From NCBI GenBank assembly GCA_038102935.1, contig JAYNYG010000007.1, forward strand, positions 39,270-103,269: DNA of 64,000 nt, in the 5' to 3' direction. Within the stretch, counting starts at the first letter, position 1. Each line of letters starts with the position of its first letter. The stretch is from Alphaproteobacteria bacterium. GTDB taxonomy: Bacteria > Pseudomonadota > Alphaproteobacteria > Bin95. Positions 29,506 to 38,807 of the stretch are shown piece after piece. The notes under the pieces are model-generated. The model saw only the letters and a list, made by a program, of their open reading frames with translations. It was not told where the DNA came from and searched no databases. A program made the position numbers and the translations under genes.

Positions 29506-31026
29506 ATGGCCAGCGCCGTCGCCCGCGTCGCCACTATCGCGTGTCAGGGGATTGAAGCGGTCGCAGTTGATGTGCAGGCGCATATCTCCGGCGGCGGCGC
29601 GCCGACATTCACGGTCGTTGGCCTTCCAGACAAAGCTGTCGCCGAAAGCAGGGAACGCGTGCGGGCCGCACTCTATGCGCTTGGCCTCGCGATGCCATTG
29701 GAGCGGGTGACGATCAACCTGGCTCCGGCGGATTTAGCCAAGGAAGGCAGTCATTTTGATTTGCCGATTGCGCTGGCCCTGCTTGCCGCGATGGACGCTA
29801 TTCCGGCAGATGCGCTCAGCCAATGGGTCGCCATGGGCGAACTGGCGCTGGATGGCGCGATCCTGCCTGTAACGGGCGCGCTTCCCGCCGCCGTCCACGC
29901 CATGACGCAGGAGCGCGGCCTGATTTGCCCAGCAGGCAATGGGCCGGAAGCCGCATGGGCCGGGCCGCTGGATGTGCTAGCGCCAGATACGCTGCCTGCC
30001 CTGATGAACCACCTAAAAGGCGCCGTTACGCTAACGGCGCCCAAGGCATCCCCGCCGGTCAGCAACCAATCGATCCCGGATTTGAGGGACGTGCGCGGCC
30101 AGGAAAGCGCCAAGCGGGCGTTAGAAGCGGCGGCTGCGGGTGGTCATAACCTGCTGCTCGTTGGCCCGCCTGGGTCTGGCAAAAGCATGTTGGCGGCGCG
30201 GCTCCCTGGCATTCTGCCGCCGTTCACGCCGGAGGAGGCGCTGGAGACCTCCATGGTCCATAGCGTTGCGGGAACGCTCGGCATCGGCGGCGTACTGGCG
30301 GACAGGCCCTTCCGGGACCCGCATCATTCAGCTTCGATGCCAGCGCTGATTGGCGGCGGCATGCGGGCGAAACCGGGTGAGGCCTCCCTCGCGCATAACG
30401 GCGTACTCTTCCTGGATGAATTGCCAGAATTCCCACGCGGCGTGCTCGAAGCGCTGCGTCAGCCGTTGGAAACAGGTCGCGCTGTCGTCTCCCGCGCGAA
30501 CGGGCATTATGCTTATCCGGCCCGGTTCCAACTCATCGCAGCGATGAACCCCTGCCGCTGCGGCCATGCCGATGATCCCGTAAAGGGCTGCGGGCGCCAG
30601 CCGAAATGCGTGGCAGACTACACCAACCGCCTTTCCGGCCCGCTGTTGGACCGGATCGATATGCGCGTTGAAGCGCCGCGTGTCTCCGCAACAGACCTAG
30701 CTTTACCCCCGCCTACGGAAGGCACCGCCGAGGTCAGCGCTCGTGTCGCCGCCGCTCGGTTCCGCCAATATGAACGCTATCGTGCACTCGATCCATCGGG
30801 CCGCACCCGCATCAACGCCCATGCCAACGGCGAAGTTTTGAGTGAAGCCGCGCGGGCTGACGAAGCCGCGCGCACATTGCTCGAGAATGCCGCTGAACGT
30901 CTCCGCCTCTCCGCCCGCGGCTACATCCGGGTGTTGCGGGTCGCGTTGACGATTGCCGACCTGGCAGAGGCGCCCGGGGTCGCCCGCGCTCATGTGGCGG
31001 AAGCGCTGTCCTACAGGACGCATTAG
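29506..31026 (+). CDS. yifB: YifB/ComM-family Mg-chelatase-like AAA+ ATPase
   Basis: Lon-like N-terminal domain, Walker A GPPGSGKS, arginine finger region, and C-terminal domain. Confidence 0.9.
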   Translation: MASAVARVATIACQGIEAVAVDVQAHISGGGAPTFTVVGLPDKAVAESRERVRAALYALGLAMPLERVTINLAPADLAKEGSHFDLPIALALLAAMDAIPADALSQWVAMGELALDGAILPVTGALPAAVHAMTQERGLICPAGNGPEAAWAGPLDVLAPDTLPALMNHLKGAVTLTAPKASPPVSNQSIPDLRDVRGQESAKRALEAAAAGGHNLLLVGPPGSGKSMLAARLPGILPPFTPEEALETSMVHSVAGTLGIGGVLADRPFRDPHHSASMPALIGGGMRAKPGEASLAHNGVLFLDELPEFPRGVLEALRQPLETGRAVVSRANGHYAYPARFQLIAAMNPCRCGHADDPVKGCGRQPKCVADYTNRLSGPLLDRIDMRVEAPRVSATDLALPPPTEGTAEVSARVAAARFRQYERYRALDPSGRTRINAHANGEVLSEAARADEAARTLLENAAERLRLSARGYIRVLRVALTIADLAEAPGVARAHVAEALSYRTH

Positions 31027-31094
31027 CGGCTTGATTTTCGCCGTTTCAAGACCTCCTTAACGAAGCCGTGTGTTGAATGCTGCCATTGTGAACC

Positions 31095-31985
31095 ATGACG
31101 GCGGGAGTTCAGCCCTTGATCAATCAGAAAGTTCGCCCTTTCCTTTTCATCCTGGCTGCCGCTGGCGTCATCAGCGCGGTCTCGACTGCCAAGGCTAATG
31201 CGGCAGAGATGACGATACAGGCAGCATCGCCCGTAAAGCCGATCACGCTGGACGGCGCCGCAGCCGATTGGGCCGGTATCCAGCCGGTCTCAGTTCCGAT
31301 GGTAGGGCAAGGCAATGTCGAGACCGTCAATATGCGCATCGCCGTCCGTGACGGCATGATCTACGTGCTGGCAGAATGGGAAGACTCGAGCCAGGACATT
31401 CTGTACAAGCCATATCAATGGGACGATGCGGCGCAGGCCTATGCGAAAACCCGCAAGAAAGAAGATAGGCTTGCCATCTCGTTTGAAATGGCGGGCGACT
31501 TCTCCGCCAACAAGTTAGACGGCGCTGAATTTGAGGCGGACGTTTGGCATTGGAAAGCCAGGCGCAGCAACCCCGCCGGCGTCGCGCATGATAAATGGTG
31601 GAAAGTATCCAAAACCCAATTCCCCCGGTCAGCAGAATTTTATGGCCCATCTGGCGTCCCTGTTTACCTCGCCCGGCGCAGCGACAAAGGCTCGAAACTG
31701 TATAAGCCCCTCCGGCATGTCACCAAGCAGGCAGACACGATGCCAGGATACGAGATCAACATGAGCCCCGAAGGCAGCATCGCTGACGTAAAAGCGAAGG
31801 GTGTTTGGAAAAATGGGCGCTGGACCCTGGAAATGGTGCGCAAGCTGTCCACAGGCCACAGCGATGACGCCGTCATACTGGAAAATGGCGCCATAAAAAT
31901 GGCGATCGCCGTGTTCAACGGCGTTGATTCAGAAAAACACAGTGTGTCTGAAACTCTTGTTCTTCAAACCGGCGGCGCTTCCTAG
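31095..31985 (+). CDS. Secreted EB_dh-like (ethylbenzene dehydrogenase gamma / DOMON-like) putative heme-binding domain protein
   Basis: Signal peptide, then PITLDGAAADWAGIQP...IYVLAEWEDSS...RLAISFEM...ADVWHWKARRSNP, characteristic of the EB_dh family. Confidence 0.55.
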   Translation: MTAGVQPLINQKVRPFLFILAAAGVISAVSTAKANAAEMTIQAASPVKPITLDGAAADWAGIQPVSVPMVGQGNVETVNMRIAVRDGMIYVLAEWEDSSQDILYKPYQWDDAAQAYAKTRKKEDRLAISFEMAGDFSANKLDGAEFEADVWHWKARRSNPAGVAHDKWWKVSKTQFPRSAEFYGPSGVPVYLARRSDKGSKLYKPLRHVTKQADTMPGYEINMSPEGSIADVKAKGVWKNGRWTLEMVRKLSTGHSDDAVILENGAIKMAIAVFNGVDSEKHSVSETLVLQTGGAS

Positions 31986-32024
31986 CGCCGTTAGCGTCAC
32001 ATCAACAACATTGACCAGCCGACC

Positions 32025-34121
32025 ATGAAAAAAGCACAAATGAAACGAGAGAGCCCACGCAAACTTATGCTTTGCCAGGCATTTGCCGGCCTCGGTTTCG
32101 CTTTTTTGATCGTGCTGGCCGTCACAGTGACAGTCATTGCTGGCCGGGTGTCCGCGATTGATGATCTGGCCCGGCAGACTCGCGACCAGATTTTGCCTCA
32201 GTCCGCACAACAGGCATCAGCCGCCCTCGCGACGGAGCGGTTGATGCAATTGACCATGCGTATGGCGTATGCAGAGACAATCGAAGAACGGGATCGCGCC
32301 CGCCAACGCGCAACAGCGATTGCTGAACCGCTGACGCAATCAAGCGATGTGAACCAACGCACGGCCGGCTCCAGCGCTCTAGGCGCTTTGCAACTGGCGG
32401 CATCGGCTGCAAATGAACGGGATGAACGGAAGGCGGCTATTGCCGCTCAACTCCAAGCCACAGATTCTGCGATTAGGGAAATCGCCAGTTCACTCGCCTC
32501 AATCGCCGCCGACCGCGAAGAAGAGCTTGAAGGTCAAATTGAGCGGATAGGCGCGGCATCTGGCGTCGGCGCAAGCCGCAGGCTACGGCGGATATTCACC
32601 ATTAATGCCGCTGCACAAAACCTCTTGCAGGGCGTGCGCGAGGCAAGAAGCACAATCAGCGGCGCATTCGCCATCGAAGATGCTAGCCGAATTCCGAAAA
32701 TCGAAGCACGGTTCATCGCCCATATGGATCGCGTTGACGCCCTGGCGGCGACGCTCCCAAGCACCGGCGATTATGAATACCTGCCAGATATGATTGCAGA
32801 GATCCGCACCGCAGCTGTTACCTTTGACATGCGCGCCCAGCAAATCGCAGCCAAGGCTGCGACTGCCGAAAATCTGAACCTTGCAACATCTACCCTCGCT
32901 GCGCTCGCGGACGGTTTTTCCGCCGCCTCGGCTGACCTTGCCTCAGCGAGCGCCACACGGATTATCGCGGGCGTCGATAGCATTCGCCTCGCTTTGATTT
33001 TCGCCAGCATCGCTATTCTGACGATGCTTGGAGTGATTGGCTTCCTATCCCAGCGCCTGATCATGCGCCCCATCCGCCTTTCCGTTCACGTCCTGGCAGA
33101 ACTTGGTGCGGGCCGGTTTGCCTACCCGCCGCCACCTTCAACGCTTAAAGAGATGGACATGCTCGGCGGCGCTGTCGCCAAATTCGCAACAGCGCTGCGC
33201 AGCATGGCCGAAATGAAGAAGGAGAAGTCAGCGGCAGAAGAAGAAGAAGAGCGCAACGCGTCCATGCGTTTGGAAATGCGCGCGCTCGCAAATGAGTTCG
33301 AATCAACGGTCATGGCATCCGTCTCGCAAATCGGGAAATCTGCTGATGAATTACGCCAGTCCTCTGATTTTGTGTCGGGCGCAATTAATGACACCGAGAC
33401 TCTGTCACAAGACAGCCGCAGCCGGGCCGCAGAAGCACGCGCCAATGTTGACGGCGTCGCCGCTGGCTCCCAACAAATTGCAAGCGGCATCGGTGAGATT
33501 GAAACTGCGGCCTCAGACGCCGCGAAGCGCTCTCAACTTGGCGCCGACGCTGCAGAAAACGCCAAGACATCCGTCATTGGCCTCACAGAGGCCGCAAACC
33601 GGATCGGCGAGGTCGTCAACTTGGTCAGCGAAATCACCAAGCGGACGAACCTCTTGGCGCTCAACGCGACGATTGAGGCGGCCCGTGCTGGCGACGCCGG
33701 ACGCGGGTTCGCTATCGTCGCGGGCGAAGTCAAACAACTCGCCGGGCAGACAGCAGACGCCACCCATGAAATCGTCGAGCATGTAAAACGCATTCGTGAA
33801 GGCGTCACCGAAACATCTGATCATATTGAGGTGATCGCAGATGTTGTCGCCTCTACTTCAGACATGGCGGATATGATTGCATCCTCCGTATCACAACAGG
33901 CCGCGACGACCCGCGATATCGCCAACCGAGCCAGCGGCGCGGCGACGGCAAATGTGGAAGTCTCAGAGCTGATCACCCAGCTGAATGAGAAAGCCCGGTC
34001 CGGCAACGCCGTCGTCGAGCAGGTCGCCATCGCCGCCAATGAAATTCATGATGTCGCGGAAGCGCTTCGCACAGATGTCGATGGCTTTATCACCGGCCTT
34101 CGAGCGCGCGCCGCCAGTTAG
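32025..34121 (+). CDS. Methyl-accepting chemotaxis protein with a periplasmic helical ligand-binding domain of about 290 aa
   Basis: TM1, long periplasmic helical region, TM2, HAMP, and the conserved signalling domain ...[34 protein letters not shown]. Confidence 0.85.
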   Translation: MKKAQMKRESPRKLMLCQAFAGLGFAFLIVLAVTVTVIAGRVSAIDDLARQTRDQILPQSAQQASAALATERLMQLTMRMAYAETIEERDRARQRATAIAEPLTQSSDVNQRTAGSSALGALQLAASAANERDERKAAIAAQLQATDSAIREIASSLASIAADREEELEGQIERIGAASGVGASRRLRRIFTINAAAQNLLQGVREARSTISGAFAIEDASRIPKIEARFIAHMDRVDALAATLPSTGDYEYLPDMIAEIRTAAVTFDMRAQQIAAKAATAENLNLATSTLAALADGFSAASADLASASATRIIAGVDSIRLALIFASIAILTMLGVIGFLSQRLIMRPIRLSVHVLAELGAGRFAYPPPPSTLKEMDMLGGAVAKFATALRSMAEMKKEKSAAEEEEERNASMRLEMRALANEFESTVMASVSQIGKSADELRQSSDFVSGAINDTETLSQDSRSRAAEARANVDGVAAGSQQIASGIGEIETAASDAAKRSQLGADAAENAKTSVIGLTEAANRIGEVVNLVSEITKRTNLLALNATIEAARAGDAGRGFAIVAGEVKQLAGQTADATHEIVEHVKRIREGVTETSDHIEVIADVVASTSDMADMIASSVSQQAATTRDIANRASGAATANVEVSELITQLNEKARSGNAVVEQVAIAANEIHDVAEALRTDVDGFITGLRARAAS

Positions 34122-34166
34122 CGCCGCCATTTCAGATATGCTAGTCAAACGGCCTCGCTCGACCGA

Positions 34167-34943
34167 TTGAGGCCTATCCCCATGACGATCAATTTTATCG
34201 GCGCCGGCCCTGGCGCGCCGGACCTTATTACTGTGCGCGGTTTGCGGTTAATCCAGGCCGCCGACTTGGTGCTCTACGCCGGGTCTTTGGTGCCGGAAGC
34301 CGTTGTCGAAGAGGCGAAGCCTGGCGCGCGCATCGTTGATTCTGCCCCGATGGATTTAGACGCGATCATTGAAATGATGGCGGCAGCTATAGCGAACGAT
34401 GAGAAGGTCGCGCGGGTGCATTCAGGCGATCCATCGATCTATGGCGCGATCGCTGAACAGATGCGCCGCTTGGATGCGCTTGGCCTCGATTATGACGTGA
34501 CGCCGGGCGTTCCTGCTTTTGCGGCGGCGGCGGCGGCGCTCAAGACGGAGCTGACACTGCCGGAAATTGCGCAGACGGTAATCGTCACCCGGACCTCCGT
34601 CCGCGCAACGGCGATGCCCGAAGGCGAAGACCTGGAGACGCTCGGCAAGAGCGGCGCCACGCTGGCGATCCATCTCTCTATCAACAACTTAGCCAAGGTC
34701 ACGCGGGAACTTACGCCGCTTTATGGCGAGGATTGCCCCGTCGTCGTGGTCTACCGCGCGACGTGGCCGGACGAGTTGATTATTAGAGGCACGCTCGCCG
34801 ATATCCGTACCGCCGTTAAAGCCGCGAAGATCACACGAACCGCGCTCATCCTCGTCGGCCCTGCGCTTGGCGCGCATGCATTCCGCGACAGTAAACTCTA
34901 TGACGCCGCGCACCATCACGTGCTTCGACCAAAATCTGCTTAG
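34167..34943 (+). CDS. cobM: Precorrin-4 / cobalt-precorrin-4 C11-methyltransferase
   Basis: MTINFIGAGPGAPDLITVRGLRLIQAADLVLYAGSL and the tetrapyrrole methylase fold. No other cob genes are nearby. Confidence 0.85.
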   Translation: MRPIPMTINFIGAGPGAPDLITVRGLRLIQAADLVLYAGSLVPEAVVEEAKPGARIVDSAPMDLDAIIEMMAAAIANDEKVARVHSGDPSIYGAIAEQMRRLDALGLDYDVTPGVPAFAAAAAALKTELTLPEIAQTVIVTRTSVRATAMPEGEDLETLGKSGATLAIHLSINNLAKVTRELTPLYGEDCPVVVVYRATWPDELIIRGTLADIRTAVKAAKITRTALILVGPALGAHAFRDSKLYDAAHHHVLRPKSA

Positions 34944-35106
34944 AGCATCGTCCGTAAATATGAGGCGTCTCGTGAGGCATAGCCAGCCTGTGGCAAGGAG
35001 CGGTGTGCAGGGCGATGCGGGGCATCGTTCAAGCAGCGGGACGCTGTCCACAGGCTGGCTATGCCTCACCCTTCGGGCCGCCTCATAGTTTACGGACGAT
35101 GCTCTA
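34940..35106. repeat. Imperfect palindrome of about 165 bp, exactly spanning the convergent cobM / ThDP-enzyme stop codons
   Basis: Outer arms TTAGAGCATCGTCCGTAAATATGAGGCG and CGCCTCATAGTTTACGGACGATGCTCTAG. Inner arms GTGAGGCATAGCCAGCCTGTGG and CCACAGGCTGGCTATGCCTCAC (22/22). The centre is about 55 nt and contains the hairpin CGATGC-GGG-GCATCG. Confidence 0.7.
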
Positions 35107-36705
35107 GCCGCGCAGCGCCCGTAGCTGCGGCAGATATCCGGAAGGATCGACCCTGGCGTCGATCAAGCAGGGGCCGCTAGAGGCTGCGGCCGCGTCCGCC
35201 GCTGCCCGCATCTCACCAGCATTTTCCGCTCGCCATATTTTAAAACCAAAACCTTCCGCGACGGTGGCGAAGTCTGGCGTTTTCCAGGAAAGCCCCAAGT
35301 CCGGCATCTGCCTTTGCTCGCGTTTGATATCGATCAGCGACAAGCGGGCGTCATTAAACACAATGACAGTCAGATTTGCGCCAACTTCCGCGGCGGTTTT
35401 CAACTCGCCAAGGCACATCAGAAGCCCGCCATCACCCGTCATCGCGACAGCGCTGCGCGCCGGATCATGCAGTGCGGCCGCGACGGCTGCAGGCAATGCG
35501 AAACCCATGCTGGCGAGGCCGTTCGATATCAGAACATCCAATGGCTTACTTGCTTGCCAGAAGGCGCAGGCGGAAAACATGTGAGCGCCCGCATCCACCG
35601 TCAGTCGCGGCTTGCCTTCAAAGGCAGAAACAGCCATCTGAACGACGGTCGCAGCAGAAAGGCTGCTGCTATCCGGCATGGCCATGCCATCTAAGAATGC
35701 TTGGCGCCTCTCCGCAATTTCAACAGAGGTCCAATCGCTTCCAGAAACATCTGGAAGCACGCTCAGGATCGCCGCTATATCGCCGGTGACACGGCTTGCT
35801 GGCGTAAAATAATGCGGGTTGTGAGCGAAGGCCGCCAGATCAAGCACAGGGGTTTCATAGGGCCAGGGTTTGCGGATCAGCTCTACCGGATCAAGGCCGA
35901 TTGTGATGATGAGGTCAGCGGCGTTGACGGTCGGCTGTTCAATGGCGCCGCCGGTAAAGATGCCGGCGAAATGTGGGGCTGTATCCGCGATAACGCCCTT
36001 GGCCATATAGGTCGTCAATACTGGCGCGCCGAGCTTGTAAGCCAAGCGCCGGACGCGATTGGCGATATCGGCATGGGTCGCCTCTAGGCCCACGACGATG
36101 ACGGGCCTGCGGGCAGATTTCAGAAGGTTATAGGCCCGATCTAGCGCTGCCACATCCAATACGACCGGGGTGTTGGCGGCGATGACTGGGAGATCAATCT
36201 GCGCCTGCATCCAAGCTGGGTCGGCAAGCAAGACGCCCGGCCCGATGGGCGCGTTCAGCATGGCGTCGAGCGCTTGGCTGACCTGTTGTGGCTCTGGGTT
36301 CAGTACCTTGGCTTTGCCGTGATCGACCGCTGCAAACAGGCTATCAGCCAGCCCGCGTTGGTCGAACACCTGATGGGAGAGAAATTGTAGTTCCGCCGCA
36401 TCAAAGCTTTCTGTGACAGCGAGCATTGGCAGCCGGTCCAGTAAGGCGGACGCTAGGCCGTTCGTCGCTGACGCCAGACCGGGCCCCTTGGTCGAGAATG
36501 CGAGACCAGGTGCGTGCGCGAGCCGTCCCGCCACGCCTGCCATAATCGCCGCTGCATCTTCCCTAGCAGTGATCACAGACTGCATGCCCGCCGCCTGAAC
36601 AGCATCCAGAAGGTCGAGACTGACGCCGCCGCCTGGAACGCCGAACGCAAAGCGCGTTCCCCGGCGATACAAATCCGCCGCGAGCCATTCAACGAAGCGC
36701 GTCAT
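35104..36705 (-). CDS. Thiamine-diphosphate-dependent enzyme of the acetolactate-synthase / benzoylformate-decarboxylase family
   Basis: 533 aa with three-domain architecture and the ThDP motif GDGG-X24-NDARL. Confidence 0.8.
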   Translation of the reverse strand: MTRFVEWLAADLYRRGTRFAFGVPGGGVSLDLLDAVQAAGMQSVITAREDAAAIMAGVAGRLAHAPGLAFSTKGPGLASATNGLASALLDRLPMLAVTESFDAAELQFLSHQVFDQRGLADSLFAAVDHGKAKVLNPEPQQVSQALDAMLNAPIGPGVLLADPAWMQAQIDLPVIAANTPVVLDVAALDRAYNLLKSARRPVIVVGLEATHADIANRVRRLAYKLGAPVLTTYMAKGVIADTAPHFAGIFTGGAIEQPTVNAADLIITIGLDPVELIRKPWPYETPVLDLAAFAHNPHYFTPASRVTGDIAAILSVLPDVSGSDWTSVEIAERRQAFLDGMAMPDSSSLSAATVVQMAVSAFEGKPRLTVDAGAHMFSACAFWQASKPLDVLISNGLASMGFALPAAVAAALHDPARSAVAMTGDGGLLMCLGELKTAAEVGANLTVIVFNDARLSLIDIKREQRQMPDLGLSWKTPDFATVAEGFGFKIWRAENAGEMRAAADAAAASSGPCLIDARVDPSGYLPQLRALRG

Positions 36706-38807
36706 AGCCGATCTCCATGTTCGATTATGAGGTTCAGCGCCTGATCGACTTGCAATGCAAAACTCGGTGGGAGAACAAGCGTGGACTCGTCTTCCTCGAT
36801 GATCGCCGGGCCACGAATGCGTTGCCCCGCCGCCAGCGTGCTCCGCCGATAAATCGGCGTATCGATATAGCTTTCGCCGAAGAATACGGGTCGTGCGCCG
36901 GTGCTGGCTGGATCACCGGCCTCAACCGCATCCCCGCCCCCAATCGCCGCGCCAAGCGCTGGACGAGGCCCAGCGCCAACGACGCGCCAGGATAGGATTT
37001 CCGGCGGCATCGCCTCGACCCGGCCATAGCGCGCCGAATAAGCTGTTGCGAACGCATCCGCCAGAACTTTCGAACCATCGCGGGCGAGATCATCTGGCTG
37101 AAAGGCAGCCTCAATCTCATAGCCTTGGCCGACATAACGCATCATGGCGCTGGCTTTGAACGAGTTATCGGCTTCATCGACGCCAGCGCTCGCAACGAGA
37201 TTCTGCGTTTCGCCGCGCATGTCTTCCAGCAGCGCCAGTGCTTCGTCTGTGTCCAATGCATCTAGGCGCGTCGGCGCCGCGCGGCCAACCTCGAACGAAA
37301 TCGGCGCCGCGAGCATGCCGATGGCGGACGCAACGCCAGCGCCGACGGGACAGACCAGCCGGTCAATATTCATTTTCGCCGCCATGCTGCAGGCATGGAC
37401 TGGCCCGGCGCCGCCGATTGGCAGCATCGCGAAGCGCGTCGCGTCCAGCCCACGTTCAATCGCGTGGATAGACGCCGCCTGAGCCATGTTCGCCGTCACG
37501 GTTTCATGCACGCCCCAGGCGGCATCCTGCACGGATACCCCAAGTGGCCCGGCCAGATGCGTCTGGATCGCCGCCTCCGCCGCTTTCCGATCAAGCGCCA
37601 TTGTCCCTCCAAGGAAAGAGCTTCCGTCAAGATAGCCCAGCACCAGATCGCAGTCCGTCACTGTCGGCTTATCATTGCCTTTGCCATAGCAGGCGGGACC
37701 CGGGTCCGCGCCAGCGCTTTTCGGGCCAACTTGGATCAGCCCACGTGCATCAACGCTTGCGATGGAGCCGCCGCCTGCGCCAATTTCAATCATGTCGATG
37801 GCGGGGATCTGGAGCGGCAATCCGCTGCCCTCAGCAAAGCGCGTTTCGCGGGCGACTTCGAAGCGGGCTGTCCGCTCAGGCTCGCCGCCATGAATCAGGC
37901 AGGCTTTTGCAGTCGTGCCGCCCATATCGAAGCAAAGCACATCATCGACAGCCGCCAGCTCGCCAAACAGCCGCGCCGCCTCAGCCCCCGCCGCCGGGCC
38001 AGATTGCACAAGCCGGATCGGATACCGCATAGCCGTATCAGCCCGCACAGACCGGCCATCAGAGAGCACCAATAGAAGGTCGCGGCTGAAGCCCATAGCC
38101 TTCAGCGCATCAGCCAATCGCTCCACATAATCCGCGAAAATTGGCAGGACATAGGCGTTGGCGACTACAGTCGAAGTGCGCTCATACTCGCCAAGCTCCG
38201 GGCTGACATCAGAGGAGAGCGAGACATGGATGTCCGGCATCGCTTGAGCCAAAGCATCGCCCACCTGCCGTTCATGCGCGGGATTTCGATAGGAATGCAG
38301 CAGCGCCACAGCCACAGCCTCAACGCCGGATGATTTCACCGCAGCGGCGACCTCTGCAGCGCCGCCGAGATCAAGCGGCGTCACGACATTACCCGTCGCA
38401 TCCAGCCTTTCCGCCACCTCAAACCGCAGGTCACGGGCGACCAATGGCGGCGGCATCGCTATGTTCAGATCATAGAGGTCGTACCGCCACTCGCGCCCGA
38501 TCTCCAAAACATCACGGAAGCCCTTGGTCGTCACCAGCGCCGTCGGCACGCCGCGCCGTTCAATCAGCGCGTTAGCGACAAGCGTAGTGCCATGGATGAC
38601 GGATGCCAGATCAGATGGCGCAACACCTTCATTCGTCAGCGCCCGCTTGACCCCTTCGATCACGGCGCGGGATGGGTCATCGGGCGTTGTTAGCAACTTC
38701 TCCCGGCGCATAGCAGCGTCGCCGTCGCGCCACAGCACGACGTCAGTGAATGTGCCGCCGATATCAACGCCGACGCGCCACGAGGCCTCATGCGGATCAA
38801 TCGCCAT
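36702..38807 (-). CDS. Hydantoinase A / oxoprolinase-family ATP-dependent hydrolase, HyuA-type subunit
   Basis: WRVGVDIGGTFTDVVL ATPase start, about 700 aa. Its stop overlaps the ThDP-enzyme start (ATGA). The alternative upstream start at 38831 overlaps hyuB. Confidence 0.85.
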   Translation of the reverse strand: MAIDPHEASWRVGVDIGGTFTDVVLWRDGDAAMRREKLLTTPDDPSRAVIEGVKRALTNEGVAPSDLASVIHGTTLVANALIERRGVPTALVTTKGFRDVLEIGREWRYDLYDLNIAMPPPLVARDLRFEVAERLDATGNVVTPLDLGGAAEVAAAVKSSGVEAVAVALLHSYRNPAHERQVGDALAQAMPDIHVSLSSDVSPELGEYERTSTVVANAYVLPIFADYVERLADALKAMGFSRDLLLVLSDGRSVRADTAMRYPIRLVQSGPAAGAEAARLFGELAAVDDVLCFDMGGTTAKACLIHGGEPERTARFEVARETRFAEGSGLPLQIPAIDMIEIGAGGGSIASVDARGLIQVGPKSAGADPGPACYGKGNDKPTVTDCDLVLGYLDGSSFLGGTMALDRKAAEAAIQTHLAGPLGVSVQDAAWGVHETVTANMAQAASIHAIERGLDATRFAMLPIGGAGPVHACSMAAKMNIDRLVCPVGAGVASAIGMLAAPISFEVGRAAPTRLDALDTDEALALLEDMRGETQNLVASAGVDEADNSFKASAMMRYVGQGYEIEAAFQPDDLARDGSKVLADAFATAYSARYGRVEAMPPEILSWRVVGAGPRPALGAAIGGGDAVEAGDPASTGARPVFFGESYIDTPIYRRSTLAAGQRIRGPAIIEEDESTLVLPPSFALQVDQALNLIIEHGDRL

